A stretch of 64,000 nt of DNA from positions 29,140,001-29,204,000 of the forward strand of contig OZ024760.1 in assembly GCA_964016885.1 (NCBI GenBank), in the 5' to 3' direction. Both the position numbers and the translations under genes were made by a program. The notes under the pieces are model-generated. The model had not been told where the DNA came from. It searched no databases and worked only from the letters and a program-made list of their open reading frames with translations. The DNA is from Eledone cirrhosa. Lineage: Eukaryota. Position 1 is the first letter of the stretch, and every line of letters starts with the position of its first letter. Positions 25,338 to 40,941 of the stretch are shown here, one piece after another.

Positions 25338-28128
25338 CACACACATACAGATACACTCAGACACACACACCGTGACACTCACACACATATACAGATACAC
25401 TCAGACACACACACCCTGACACTCACACACATATACAGATACACTCAGACACACACAAACTGACACTCACACACACACATATACAGATACACTCAGACAC
25501 ACACACCCTGACACTCACACACACACATATAAGGATACACTCAGACACACACACCCTGACACTCACACACATATATATATATATACAAATACACTCAAAC
25601 ACACACACCCTGACACTCACACACACACATATACAGATACACTCAGTCACACACACCCTGACACTCACACACACACACCCTGACACTCACACACACACAC
25701 CCTGACACTCACACACACACATATACAGATACATTCAGACACACACCTTGACACTCACACACATATACAGATATACTCAGACACACACATATACAGATAC
25801 ACTCAGACACACACCCTGACACTCACACACACACATATACAGATACACTCAGACACACACCCTGACACTCACACACACATATATACAGGTACACTCAGAC
25901 ACACACACCCTGACACTCACACACACACATACAGATACACTCAGACACACACCCTGACACTCACACACACATATATACAGATACACTCAGACACACACCC
26001 TGACACTCACACACACATATATACAGATACACTCAGACACACACCCTGACACTCACACACACATATATACAGATGCACTCACACACACATATATAGATAC
26101 ACTCAGACACACACACCCTGACACTCACACACACACATATACAGATACACTCAAGCACACACACCCTGACACTCACACAGACACATATACAGATACACTC
26201 AGACACACACACCCTGACACTCCCACACACACATATACAGATACACTCAGACACACACACACCCTGACACTCACACACACACATATACAGATACACTCAG
26301 ACACACACACACCCTGACACTCACACACACACACATACAGATACACTCAGAGACACACCCTGACACTCACACACACATATATACAGATACACTCAGACAC
26401 ACACCCTGACACTCACACACACATATATACAGATACACTCAGACACACACCCTGACACTCACACACACATATATAGATACACTCAGACACACACACCCTG
26501 ACACTCACACACACATATATACAGATACACTCAGACACACACACTCTGACACTCATACACACACATATACAGAGACACTCAGACACACCCTGACACTCAC
26601 TCACACACACACATATACAGATACACTCAGACACACACACCGTGACACTCCCACACACACATATACAGATACACTCAGACACACACACACCCTGACACTC
26701 ACACACACACATATACAGATACACTCAGACACACACACACCCTGACACTCACACACACACATATACAGATACATTCACACAACATCCTGACACTCACACA
26801 CATATACAGATACATTCAGACACACACACACCCTGACACTCACACACATATACAAATACACTCAGACACACCCTGACACTCACTCACACACTCACATATA
26901 CAGATACACTCAGACACACACACACACACATATACACATACACTCAGACACACAGCCTGACACTCATACACACACTTATACAGATACATTCAGACACACA
27001 CCTTGACACTCACACACACACACACATATACAGATACACTCAGACACACACCCTGACACTCACACACACATATACAGATACACTCAGACACACACATATA
27101 CAGATACACTCAGACACACACCCTGACACTCACACACACACATATACAGATACACTCAGACACACACTCTGTCACACACACACACACCCTGACACTCACA
27201 CTCACACACACACACATATACATATACACTCAGACACACACACACCCTGACACTCACACACACACACATACAGATACTATCAGACACACACCCTGACACT
27301 CACACACCCACATATACAGATACACTCAGACACACACCCTGGCATTCACACACACATATATACAGTTACACTCAGACACACACCCTGTCACACACATATA
27401 TACAGATACACTCAGACACACACCATGACACTCACACACACATATATAGATACACTCAGTCACACACACCCTGACATCACACACACATATATACAGATAC
27501 ACTCAGACACACACCCTGACACTCACACACACATATACAGATACAATCAGACACACACTCTGACACACACACACACACATATACAGATACACTCAGACAC
27601 ACACCCTGACACTCACACACACACATACAGATACACTCAGACACATACTCCCTGACACTCACACACATATATATACAGATACACTCAGACAGACACACAC
27701 CCTGACACACACGCATATACAGATACACTCAGACACACCCTGACACTCACATACAGATACACTCAGACACACACACACACATATACAGATACACTCAGAC
27801 ACACACCCTGGCACTCACTCACACACACACATATACAGATACACTCAGACACACACCCTGACATTCTCAGCCACACAAATACAGATACACTCAGACACCC
27901 TCACACTGACACTCACCCACACACATATACAGATACACTCAGACACACACCCTGACACTCACACACACACATATACAGACATACAGACACACACCCTGAC
28001 ACTCACACACACACAGATACAGATACATTCAGACACACACCCTGACACTCACACATATACAGATACACTCAGACACACACACACCCTGACACTCACACAC
28101 ACACATATATAGACATACTCAGACACAG
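25338..28128. repeat. 2.8-kb CA-rich minisatellite with a variable ~40-46 bp unit
   Basis: Fixed anchors tatacagatacactcaga and ccctgacactc separated by variable (CA)n runs. Confidence 0.92.
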
Positions 28129-28423
28129 TAGTAAGTCTTACTAACACCCACTGAACTGTAAATAATCAATTATCTCAGTTGACTGATTTTGTTGGTTTTA
28201 TTTGTAGAATTGTTGTTTTTATTTTCATATTTTATATATCATCATCATCATCATCATTTTACGTGGGCTTCTCCCTGCTTGCAAGGGTGGGACGGGAACA
28301 GATTCTGGCTTGATTTCTACAGCTGGATGCCCTTCCTAACACCAACCTCATTTACAGTGTGGGCTGTATATGAAATATTAGTTTAACAATGATAACAAAG
28401 ACAAGGCAAGTTATTTTACACAT

Positions 28424-28775
28424 GGAGGCACATGGCTTAGTGGTTAGAGCATTGGCCTTGCAATCGAAAGGTTGTGAGTTCAATTCTCAGACCGGGTGAT
28501 GTGTTGTTTCCTTGAGCAAGGCACTTTATTTCACATTGCTCCAGTTTACTCAGCTGTAGAAATGAGATGATAGGGACTGGGGTCCATATCATTCCACTGC
28601 AAAGTGGTCGTAGAGGTGCCACGGCAAAAAAGCACCCAGCACTCACTGTAAATGAGGTTGGTGGTAGGAAGGGCATCCAGCTGTAGAAATCAAGCCAGAA
28701 TCAGTTCCCGTCCCACCCTTGCAAGCAGGGAAAAAGTGGACGTAAAATGAAATGATGATGATGATGATGATGATT
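28424..28775 (+). mobile_element. SINE family A, full length
   Basis: A box tggcttagtgg, B box gagttcaattctc, (GAT)n tail; an inverted 3' fragment lies just upstream at 28239-28362. Confidence 0.88.
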
Positions 28776-29094
28776 TCATTGTTTTACGATCGTTTCAGAG
28801 GGTTGATCCTATTGACATATTGATATATTGACTGATCTATAGCAGTTACAGAACTGTATACTATCAGACATAATATATGGATTCGATCATACTGTTTTGT
28901 CAAACCGGTGTGGACTGGGTGGTTTTTGTCATGACACCTACATGACCACTTTATAGTGTGGGCTGGGTGTTTTTTGTTGTGACAACTATATAATATGTAG
29001 ATCCTGAGTGAAATCGGGAGGAACCACCATTAAAAAAGTACGCAATACATTAGTAGAGTGTAAACGTCATTATTTAATATAGAAATATAGAAAT

Positions 29095-29283
29095 GTCTGT
29101 GAATTGGCAGTATCGGGAGACGGTCGGACGCCATGTTTTGCAGCAAAGAGTTACGTCCCTTTATGGTCTGAGTTCAAATCCCGTCGAGGTTAACTTTGCC
29201 TTTCATCCTTACGGGGTCGATAAAATAAAGTACCAGTAATACACTGGGTAATTGCTGGCCTTGTGCCAAAAGTAGAAACAATT
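29095..29283 (+). mobile_element. SINE family B inserted into a palindrome arm, 18-bp TSD
   Basis: attatttaatatagaaat at 29069-29086 and 29281-29298. Confidence 0.8.
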
Positions 29284-29397
29284 ATTTAATATAGAAATGG
29301 CTTCTACAGGACTAGAACTGTTTCATTTGTATGGATGAGAATTTCTTACAAATAAAACTGTTCTAGTCCTGTAGAAGCCATTTCTATATTAAATAAT
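29281..29397. repeat. Palindrome with 38-bp perfect arms (same family as 50642-50768); probable Penelope-like remnant
   Basis: 29281-29318 is the reverse complement of 29360-29397, and inner pairing continues imperfectly. Confidence 0.8.
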
Positions 29398-29871
29398 GAT
29401 ATACATGCACATATATATCCTCTTTTACCTGTTCCAGCCATCCAATATATATATATCAGCATCATGTTTTCGTCTGCTTTTCCATGCTTTCGTGGGTTGG
29501 ACAGGTCCTACTCTCCTTTTGTCGTGTCCCTTCGTCATCTCCTCTGCCAGTCTTAGCAATTTGAGGCCCGCTCTCACAACCTCTACCCAAGTCTTTCTTG
29601 GTCATCCTCTACTGTGGCTTTCTTCCACTGAGATTTCCTGGCATTTCTTCACCTATCAGCCATTGTCCATGTGTATCACATGTCGATACCAACACAGACT
29701 TCTCTCATACCCACCACCTTGGATTCCCTTGAAACCCATCTTCTCTCTCAGCTCGGCCAAGATCTGCCATTCTCTCACATTTATATTGCACATCCTACGA
29801 AACATGGCTGCTTCATTTCTCTACTATCCACGCATGTCCTCTGCAGTCACTGAGTATATATATATATATAT

Positions 29872-30201
29872 CATTCATCATCATTATCATTTTACGTCCG
29901 CTTTTCCCTGCTTGCAAGGGTGGGATGGGAACTGATTCTGGCTTGATTTCTACAGCTGGATGCCCTTCCTAACACCAACCTCATTTACAGTGAGCGCTGG
30001 GTGCTTTTTTGCCACGACCACTTTACAGTGGAATGATAGAGACCCTAGTCCCTATCATCTCATTTCTACAGCTGAGTAAACTGGAGCAATGTGAAATAAA
30101 GTGTCTTGCTCAAGGAAACAACACATCACCCGGTCTGAGAATTGAACTCACAACCTTTCGATTGCAAGACCAATGCTCTAACCACTAAGCCATGTGCCTC
30201 C
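29872..30201 (-). mobile_element. SINE family A, near full length
   Basis: Reverse complement of 28424-28775 with a small internal deletion. Confidence 0.88.
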
Positions 30202-30212
30202 ATTATATATAT

Positions 30213-30346
30213 ATATTTATTAAAATAACAAATTAAAGTTTAAGCAACGAATCGCTGCTTTCACTCTTAACGGGATCTTCTGAAACCGTTAAGGGTGAAA
30301 GCAGCGATTCTTTGCTTAAACTTTAATCTGTTATTTTAATAAATAT
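30213..30346. repeat. Palindrome with ~61-bp arms; probable Penelope-like remnant
   Basis: Arms 30213-30273 and 30286-30346 with 3 mismatches; the downstream tail recurs at 33640-33780 and inverted at ~42440-42505. Confidence 0.8.
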
Positions 30347-30429
30347 TTGCTCTACGGTTCTTATATATTTGATATATATTTATCCTTATCGAGCCCTCTT
30401 TGGATTCTAGTCTTCACATTTATTATTAT

Positions 30430-30469
<40 letters not shown>

Positions 30470-30472
<3 letters not shown>

Positions 30473-30815
30473 AAGGTGCATGGCTTAGTAGTTAGAGCAT
30501 CAGGCTTACAATCGTGAATTTGATTCTCAGACCAGGCTTGTGTTCTTGAGCAAGACACTTTATTTCACATTGCTCCAGTTCACTCAGCTGTAGAAATGAA
30601 TTGTGACATCACTGGTGCCAAGCTGTATCAGCCATTGCCTTTCCTTTGGACATCATCAGTGGTGTGGAGGGGGGAGACCGGTATATATATGGGGGACTGC
30701 TGGTCTTCCACAAACAACCTTGCCCAAACTTGTGCCTCGGACAGTGGGGGGGGGGGGGGCTTTCAAAGTGTAAAACCATGGTCATTTGTGAAGAAAGGGG
30801 GTCTTTAGCCTTTCC
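30470..30815 (+). mobile_element. SINE sharing the family A head and core but with a different 3' tail
   Basis: tggcttagtagttagagc...ttgagcaagacactttatttcacattgctccagt then an unrelated tail; a tail fragment also lies at ~38225-38345. Confidence 0.75.
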
Positions 30816-31140
30816 ACTTTATATATATATTTACACAGACACACATACAAATATACCTGTGGGTATGCCTACAAACTACCTGCATCAGTTGTTAGCTGTT
30901 GAGACACTGCATCCTTTAAAACCTCCATGCTTCCCGAGATTCGCCAACACTACACCTGATATTCCCTCTCCATACACACACAGGCATGTATATCATGACT
31001 CATACACTGTTCATTTTCCTGACATTTGTACATTATTCTATGTACTATACATGCACCTTTGATGAGTTGTAGTGCACCTGAACACTGTACACAATAATTT
31101 CATTATTATTATTGATATTATTGATTTAGAAACACAAGTA

Positions 31141-31207
<67 letters not shown>

Positions 31208-31259
31208 TTAAAATATTTTAGCTTGTTGTCTCTGAGTGTATATAAGTGTTTGTGTATAA

Positions 31260-31303
<44 letters not shown>

Positions 31304-31337
31304 ATGTACACACACACACACACACACACTCACACAT

Positions 31338-31395
<58 letters not shown>

Positions 31396-31680
31396 GTACA
31401 CACACACACACCAACTTGCTTCCACTCCTAAAGGATTATCTTCACTCTAGTTATTGGTGATGGCCTGCTTAAGCTTATTGGATTTTTTTTTATCAAGATG
31501 TGAATGTCTGTGGTAGCTTGTCTGTCTGTGTGCACATTTATATATATATATATATATGTATATATGTACATGTGTGTGTGTGTATGTGCGTATTTATATA
31601 TATATATATACACACACACATATATATATATATCATCATCATCATCGTTTAATGTCCATCTTCCACGCTTGCATGGGTTT

Positions 31681-31799
<119 letters not shown>

Positions 31800-31886
31800 T
31801 ATATACATATATATATATGTATATATATACATATATATATATGCATATATATATATATACATATATATATATACATATATATATAC

Positions 31887-31919
<33 letters not shown>

Positions 31920-31996
31920 CATACATATATACATATATATATATACATATATATATATATACATATATATATACATATATACATATATATATATAC

Positions 31997-32027
<31 letters not shown>

Positions 32028-32064
32028 CATATATATATACATATATATATACATATATATATAC

Positions 32065-32198
<134 letters not shown>

Positions 32199-32209
32199 AT
32201 ATATACATC

Positions 32210-32243
<34 letters not shown>

Positions 32244-32278
32244 CGTATACATATATAAATATATGCACACACACGCAC

Positions 32279-32306
<28 letters not shown>

Positions 32307-32309
<3 letters not shown>

Positions 32310-32467
32310 GGAAAAAGTATGACCCCGACGGCAGAGCTCAAGCCGTTTCGACGGCTATTTCTGGACTATATTAGAATTTTTAGCTCCAGGCTAAAAATTA
32401 TAATTTAGTCCAGAAATAGCCGTCGAAACGGCTTGAGCTCTGCCGTCGGGGTCATACTTTTTCCTAT
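32307..32467. repeat. Palindrome with 62-bp perfect arms and a self-complementary centre
   Basis: 32307-32368 is the reverse complement of 32406-32467; half copies at ~33875-33990 and ~63444-63507; diverged relative at 35195-35391. Confidence 0.88.
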
Positions 32468-32544
32468 TTCCCACTCTACTACTCTAAGTATTGAGTACTC
32501 TGGTGTGTTATGGTCCATCTGGTTCCTTACCACAATTCCTTTGT

Positions 32545-32591
<47 letters not shown>

Positions 32592-32616
32592 GTATACATA
32601 TACATATATAAATATA

Positions 32617-32676
<60 letters not shown>

Positions 32677-32767
32677 CACACGCACATGCATGTGTATATA
32701 TATATATACACGCACATGCATGTGCGTGTGTATATATATATATATATATACAAACACATGCATGTGC

Positions 32768-32844
<77 letters not shown>

Positions 32845-32903
32845 CATAGATTTATATATGTATATACATGCATGTGTGTATATATATATATACACACACA
32901 TGC

Positions 32904-32945
<42 letters not shown>

Positions 32946-33423
32946 ATGACAATTCCTCCCCCTCATTCCTCTACTCCCACCTCCCTCACTAACATTACTT
33001 ACTACCAATAACCCAATACATTGCCAGAAGCTTTTTTTTTTATTGTTTAGTTTATATTTTGTTGTTGTTTTTGTTACATAGTTTAATTATGCCACTAGAT
33101 TTTGTAGGGTTTTCTATGTTCATTGCTCCTACTATATATACATATATATTTTATCTACTATATATACATACATACATATTTTATCTACTATTTATATATT
33201 TTTCTAACCCTGGATCTACTTATGGTTGTCAACAAAGGTTTGAAATGAAATTTTAACCTCTTTTAACAGCAGAACATTAACAAAATATTATACACACACC
33301 CACATATATACACACACACACACACACCCATATATATACACACACACATATATATATACACACACACACCCATATATATATACACACACACACCCATATA
33401 TATATATACACACACACGCACAC

Positions 33424-33455
<32 letters not shown>

Positions 33456-33515
33456 CCATATATATATATATACACACACACACCCATATATATATATATA
33501 TACACACACACATCC

Positions 33516-33547
<32 letters not shown>

Positions 33548-33613
33548 CCATATATATATACACACACACACACATATATATATACACACACACACTCATT
33601 TATTCATATATGT

Positions 33614-33647
<34 letters not shown>

Positions 33648-33828
33648 TAACAGATTAAAGTTTAAGCAAAGAATCACTGCTTTCACCCTTAACGTGTTCT
33701 TATATATTTGATATATATTTATCCTTATCGAGCCCTCTTTGGATTTTAGTCTCCACATTTATTATTATTACTATATATATATATTCATTTATGTTATATA
33801 TGTATATGTACACATTTATTCTTATATG

Positions 33829-33875
<47 letters not shown>

Positions 33876-34008
33876 GAAGGAGTTGTGGTAAGGAACCAGA
33901 TGGACCGTAACCCATCAGAGTACTCAATACAGAAATAGCCGTCGAAACGGCTTGAACTCTGCTATTGGGGTCACACATTTTCCTATATATATATATATTT
34001 ATTACACT

Positions 34009-34074
<66 letters not shown>

Positions 34075-34493
34075 ATAAATATAAACATATACATATAATA
34101 AATATATATATATATATATATTCATATATATACATAATATATACATTTATAATGTTCTGTATATTTTGAATCCAGGATTTCTAGATAATTCTAGTAAAGT
34201 TAGGCTCAGGTTTTTAATGTAATACTTTAATTTAAGGTGTAGATTATATCCACATATATGTTGGTATATATACATACATACATATATACACAAACACACA
34301 CATATATACATCATATCATCATCATCATCGTTTTTACTTACATTTTTCTATGCTGGCATGTGTTGGATGGGTCCTATATATATATATATATATATGCACA
34401 TACACACACACATAGAGAGTACATACATATATAGATTAACACACATACAAATTATATATATAAATGAAAAATATTTACATGCTAATATAAATA

Positions 34494-34590
34494 CATGGTG
34501 TCCCAAAAATGTATACGCACTTTGATTACCTAAAGAGGCAATATTTATTAGAATGCACAGCCTTTGTATATACATTTTGGGGACACTCTG
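34494..34590. mobile_element. Tc1/mariner-type mini-MITE (longer variant of 57592-57669)
   Basis: TA|catggtgtcccaaaaatgtatac...gtatatacattttggggacactctg. Confidence 0.65.
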
Positions 34591-34651
<61 letters not shown>

Positions 34652-34671
34652 GATATTTACAATATGCTAAG

Positions 34672-34710
<39 letters not shown>

Positions 34711-35921
34711 CATGTTGCTACATATCTCTAATTTTCATTGTTCAACTTGGATCTTTTATAAATGTTTTTTTATAAAGTTTTTTTAAGTGTTATATATTCA
34801 TTAAGAGTTCTTTCTTTTTCATTATCCTTAGGACTAAAATCTAATTAACCGTTGTTTGTTGGGAGTTTTGTAGGGAGGAGTTTCAGGGGTATTGGAAGTT
34901 CTGTGTAATTTTAAATTGAAAATGTTTAAGTGTTATACAAAGAAAGAAAATGTTGTCTATTTATCTATTGTTTGCTTCTATGTTTTAATTAATTAGTTTC
35001 TTCATTAAGCTATATGTTAATCAGGATTTAATCAATTAATTAACACGAAGTATAAAAAGGTCTCTACTGTATATGCTGAACATACACACATGTATACATA
35101 TATACACTTACATATGTCTAGAATACATATCTGCATGTAAGCATGGAAAGTAGATGATGATGATGATCTGTGTGTCTGTGTGTACACAAATAGGATGTGG
35201 TAAAAACCAGCTAGACCATTTCTCACCAGAGTACTTGATAGTTGGGGTAATAGAGTGGATAATATGAAAAGATTCAGGATCCCTTGAGGATTTCAGCTAG
35301 ATTCCCGCCACTCAAATACCAATGCTTTAGTTTGGATCTAGCTGCCGAAATAGCTGAAGCTCAGCCGTTGGGGTCCTGAATCTTTTCATATCTATATATA
35401 TATGTGTATGTGTATCGACAGTCAGTCAATTGACTTTTATCAAATTATACTGAGGAAACAATGTTTCCATTGGTCTTTCCAATTGCTAATAATATCTATC
35501 GGTCGCAACTCCAGGTAGAAGGAGCAACGTGAAATAAAGTGTCTTGCTCGAGGACATAACGTATTGCCTGGTCCAGGAATTAAGCTCACAACCTCACACT
35601 TGTGAATCTCATTCTCTTACCACTCATCTTACGGTAAACATTGATGCAATTCACTTAATGTTGCTGTCTGATGAGACCATGTGAATGGTCAAATAAAATC
35701 AAGTGGCTACAATTGACATTGAAATATGTATCACAGATCTATTAACAAAGACTTCTTTAACATCTACAACTTCACATGTTGTTCATTCTAAATATATAGA
35801 TAGATAGATAGTAATAATAAGCATGGATGAGGTATCAAATTTTCATTACATTTATTGAGGCGTCATGCGTGTTTCTCGATTGATTAGCTCAAGTTTCGAT
35901 CTTTATCGATCAGGTTCGTAG

Positions 35922-38215
35922 GTTCCCACAATAGTAACTTGTGTATAACTTCCTCTACTGTGTCTCCCATGAGTTCCCACAATAGTAACTTGTGTATAAC
36001 TTACTCTACTGTGTCTCCCATAAGATAGTTTCCACAATAGTAACTTGTGTATAACTTCCTCTACTGTGTCTCCCATAAGTTCCCACAGTAGTAACTTGTG
36101 TATAACTTCCTCTACCGTGTCTCCCCTCAGTTTCCACAACAGTAACTTGTGTTTAACTCCCTCTACTGTGTCTCCCATAAGATAGTTTCCACAACAGTAA
36201 CTTGTGTATAACTTCCTCTACTGTGTCTCCCCTCAGTTCCCACAGTAGTAACTTGTGTATAACTTACTCTACTGTGTCTCCCATAAGATAGTTTCCACAA
36301 CAGTAACTTGTGTATAACTTCCTCTACTGTGTCTCCCCTCAATTCCCACAATAGTAACTTGTGTATAACTTACTCTACTCTGTCTCCCATAAGATAGTTT
36401 CCACAACAGTAACTTGTGTATAACTTTCTCTACTGTGTCTACCCTCAATTCCCACAATAGTAACTTGTGTATAATTTACTCTACTGTGTCTCCCATAAGA
36501 TAGTTTCCACAACAGTAACTTGTGTATAACTTCCTCTACTATGTCTTCCCTCAGTTCCCACAATAGTAACTTGTGTATAACTTACTCTACTGTGTCTCCC
36601 ATAAGATAGTTTCCACAACTTGTGCATAACTTCCTCTATTGTGTCTCCCCTCAGTTCCCACAATAGTAACTTGTGTATAACTTACGCTACTGTGTCTCCC
36701 ATAAGATAGTTTCCACAACAGTAACTTGTGTATAACTTCCTCTACTGTGTCTCCCATAAGATAGTTTCCACAACAGTAAGTTGTGTTTAACTCCCTCTAC
36801 TGTGTCTCCCCTCAGTTCCCACAATAGTAATTTGTGTATAACTTACTCTACTCTGTCTCCCATAAGATAGTTTCCACAACAGTAACTTGTGTATAACTTC
36901 CTCTACTATGTCTTCCCTCAGTTCCCACAATAGTAACTTGTGTATAACTTACTCTACTGTGTCTCCCATAAGATAGTTTCCACAACTTGTGTATAACTTC
37001 CTCTACTGTGTCTCCCCTCAGTTCCCACAATAGTAACTTGTGTATAACTTACTCTACTGTGTCTCCCATAAGATAGTTTCCACAACTTGTGCATAACTTC
37101 CTCTATTGTGTCGCCCCTCAGTTCCCACAATAGTAACTTGTGTATAACTTACGCTACTGTGTCTCCCATAAGATAGTTTCCACAACAGTAACTTGTGTAT
37201 AACTTCCTCTACTGTGTCTCCCATAAGATAGTTTCCACAACAGTAACTTGTGTTTAACTCCCTCTACTGTGTCTCCCCTCAGTTCCCACAATAGTAATTT
37301 GTGTATAACTTACTCTACTCTGTCTCCCATAAGATAGTTTCCACAACAGTAACGTGTGTTTAACTCCCTCTACTGTGTCTCCCCTCAGTTCCCACAATAG
37401 TAGCTTGTGTATAACTTACTCTACTCTGTCTCCCATAAGATAGTTTCCACAACAGTAACTTGTGTATAACTTCCTCTACTGTGTCTCCCATAAGATAGTT
37501 TCCACAACAGTAACTTGTGTTTAACTTCCTCTACTGTGTCTCCCCTCAGTTCCCACAATAGTAATTTGTGTATAACTTACTCTACTGTGTCTCCCATAAG
37601 ATAGTTTCCACAACTTGTGTATAACTCCCTCTACTGTGTCTCCCCTCAGTTCCCACAATAGTAACTTGTGTATAACTTACGCTACTGTGTCTCCCATAAG
37701 ATAGTTTCCACAACAGTAACTTGTGTATAACTTCCTCTACTGTGTCTCCCATAAGATAGTTTCCACAACAGTAACTTGTGTTTAACCCCCTCTACTGTGT
37801 CTCCCCTCAGTTCCCACAATAGTAACTTGTGTATAACTTACTCTACTGTGTCTCCCATAAGATAGTTTCCACAACAGTAAGTTGTGTTTAACTTCCTCTA
37901 CTGTGTCTCCCCTCAGTTCCCACAGTAGTAACTTGTGTATAACTTACTCTACTGCGTCTCCCATAAGATAGTTTCCACAACAGTAATTTGTGTATAACTT
38001 CCTCTACTGTGTCTCCCCTCAGTTCCCACAATAGTAACTTGTGTATAACTTACTCTACTGTGTCTCCCGTGACTTGGTTCCCACAACAGTAACTTGTGTA
38101 TAACCACCTCTACTGTGTCTCCCCTGAGTTCCCACAACAGTAACTTGTGTATAACTCCCTGCTTACTTCTCCAGCAATGTCCTACCAATCGTAACAGTCT
38201 TTGAGCAACTGTAGT
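35922..38215 (-). repeat. 2.2-kb satellite (alternating ~50/56-bp units, 106-bp dimer) derived from RTE ORF2 coding sequence
   Basis: ORF starts recur every 106 bp (36163, 36269, 36375, 36481). The right edge reads TVAQRLLRLVGHCWRSKQGVIHKLLLWE...WEPSHGRHSR, homologous to the RTE at 46866-47225. Confidence 0.88.
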
Positions 38216-38924
38216 TGTTATCATAACTGGTATGTATGGGTGACTGCTGGTCTTCCACAACACCCTTGCCCAGATTTGTGCCTCGGAGGGAACTTTCTAG
38301 AATCAAATCTCATGGTCATTCATGACCGAAAGGGATCTCTATCCCCTTTAGATACATATATAACAGTATTTATTATGTATGTCATCATCATCAGATATTT
38401 CTGATTTAGGCACAAGGACAACAAATATGGGGGGGACGGGAAACTTGATTGAATCAACCCCAGTGTATTACTGGTACTTTATATTATCGACCCATCCCTA
38501 AGGATGAAAGGCAAAGATAACCTCAGTGGGATTTGAACTCACCATCAAATAATGATGATGATGTTGATGACATATATACATACATGTATGTATGTATACA
38601 TACAATCATACATACACCCATCCATATGTACATACATGCAGGCATACATACATAAGTACATATGTACATATGTACATAGGCACATTCATACATACGTACG
38701 TACGCACATTCATACATACATTGATTAGTACAATCATACAGCCATTCCTATGTACATACATAGATACATACGTACATACACAATTTGCAAAACATTCTTG
38801 CGATTCAAGGGATGACAATTTCTTTTCTTTTACAACCTTGCCACCAGGAAGGTGGCCGGTCAAAAATATACTCGAAATTAAGAGAAAGAGAGAACATACA
38901 TATGTATATATATGTACATACATA

Positions 38925-39240
38925 CATGATGATGTGGGCTGGTGTTCCTGTTGATCCAATCAATGGAACAGCCTGCTCGTGAAATTAACGTGCAAGTGGC
39001 TGACATTCCACAGACATGAGTGCCCTTAACGCAGTTCTCAGGGAGATTCAGCCTGACACAGAATGTGACAAGGATGGACCTTCTAATTACAGGTACAACT
39101 CATTTTTGCCAGCTCAGTAGACACTGGAGCAATGTGAAATAAAGAGTCTTGCTCAAGGACACAGCTTGCTGCTGGGAATTGAACTCACAACCTTACAATT
39201 GTGAACTGAATACCTTTACTACAAAGTTATGTACCTTCAC
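38925..39240 (-). mobile_element. SINE with family-A-like head and core and a third tail type
   Basis: actggagcaatgtgaaataaagagtcttgctcaagga...ggaattgaactcacaacc with a distinct 3' region (gaaattaacgtgcaagtggctg). Confidence 0.72.
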
Positions 39241-40495
39241 ATATATACATATGTACATACACGCATACTACATACCTATATACATATGTACATACACGCA
39301 TACAACATACCTATATACATATGTACATACACGCATAGCTACATACCTATATACATATGTACATACACGCATTCATGCATTCATACATACATACATGCAT
39401 ATATACACACATACATACATTCATACATATGCACATACATATGTACATACGTACATATATACATACATACATTTGTACATGCATGCATACATACGTATAC
39501 ACTTACATGCATGCATATATACATATATACATATACACACATACACTTACCTACATTATACATAAATACACCCCCTCCCCCCAGACATACACAGAGAGTC
39601 TAGTATATATTTGTATTGATGTATTATAGGTTTCAATACCAGATTCTAATCTGTTTAATATAAGCCTGAGGGAGATTGCAATTCACTTCTCTCATTATTC
39701 ACTGCGTTGTTTGTTAGTTTTGTTTTTGTTCTTTAAATAATAATAATGAAAATAATTGTGTACAGTGCTCAGGTGCACTACAACTCATCAAAGGAGCATG
39801 TATAGTACATAGAGTAATGTACAAATGTCAGGAAAGTGAATAGTGTATGAGTCATGATATACACACACCACACGCCATTATATAAACACTATTATATACA
39901 CACAGATTTATGTGGTGTTAAGCGACTAAGAGTACAAGACCCCCCCCCCCCCTGGATAGGACACCAGTCCACCACAGGTTAAAATCTTCCCCCAAACCCA
40001 GACAGTCATTAGGCTATAGTTTACTACAGTTTTATGTGATGTTAAACAAGTAGAGTACAAGACTCCCTCCTGGATGGGATGCCAGTCCATCACAGGTTTA
40101 ACCTCCACCTGTCGATGGTACACACTTTCTCCTGAGTAAATTGAAACATCACGAAATGAAGTGACTTGCTGAAGATGATAACGTGTTACATCATCATCAT
40201 CATCATTTTAACATCTACTTTCCTGCTAGCAAGAGTTGATCTGTAAATCAAACCAATTCTTTTATGATAATGTACCCCACATTCTAACCACTTAGCCACA
40301 TGTTTCCATATCAATAGAACTGATCAATAACTATTGATGGTATTGATACCAGTGGTTATGATCATATTTCATGTCTCATGTTTGTGAAATAGATATGGTA
40401 GGAAAATATGGAAATGGAAACTTTATAAATAGATGAATGTTTTCTCATTTGGTGACACATGTATGTGCCTGTGTGTCTGTGCATGTGTGTACATA

Positions 40496-40539
<44 letters not shown>

Positions 40540-40559
40540 CCTCTCTCTCTCTTTATATA

Positions 40560-40941
40560 TCATCATCATCATTTTACGTCCGCTTTCCCTTGCTTGCAAG
40601 AGTGGGACGGGAACTGATTCTGGCTTGATTTCTACAGCTGGATGCCCTTCCTAACACCAACCTCATTTACAGTGAGTGCTGGGTGCTTTTTTTCCGTGGC
40701 CCCTCCACGTCCACTTTACAGTGAGTGCTGGGTGCTTTTTTGCTGTGGCACCTCCACGACCACTTTGCAGTGGAACGATAGGGACCCCAGTCCTATCATC
40801 TCATTTCTACAGCTGAGTAAACTGGAGCAATGTGAAATAAAGTGTCTTGCTCAAGGAAACACACATCAACTGGTCCAAGAATTGAACTCACAACCTTTCG
40901 ATTGCACGGCCAATGCTCTAACCACTAAGCCATGTGCCTCC
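40560..40941 (-). mobile_element. SINE family A with an internal ~53-bp duplication
   Basis: tttacagtgagtgctgggtgctttttt..gtggc.cctccacg is present twice (40666-40770). Confidence 0.85.
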
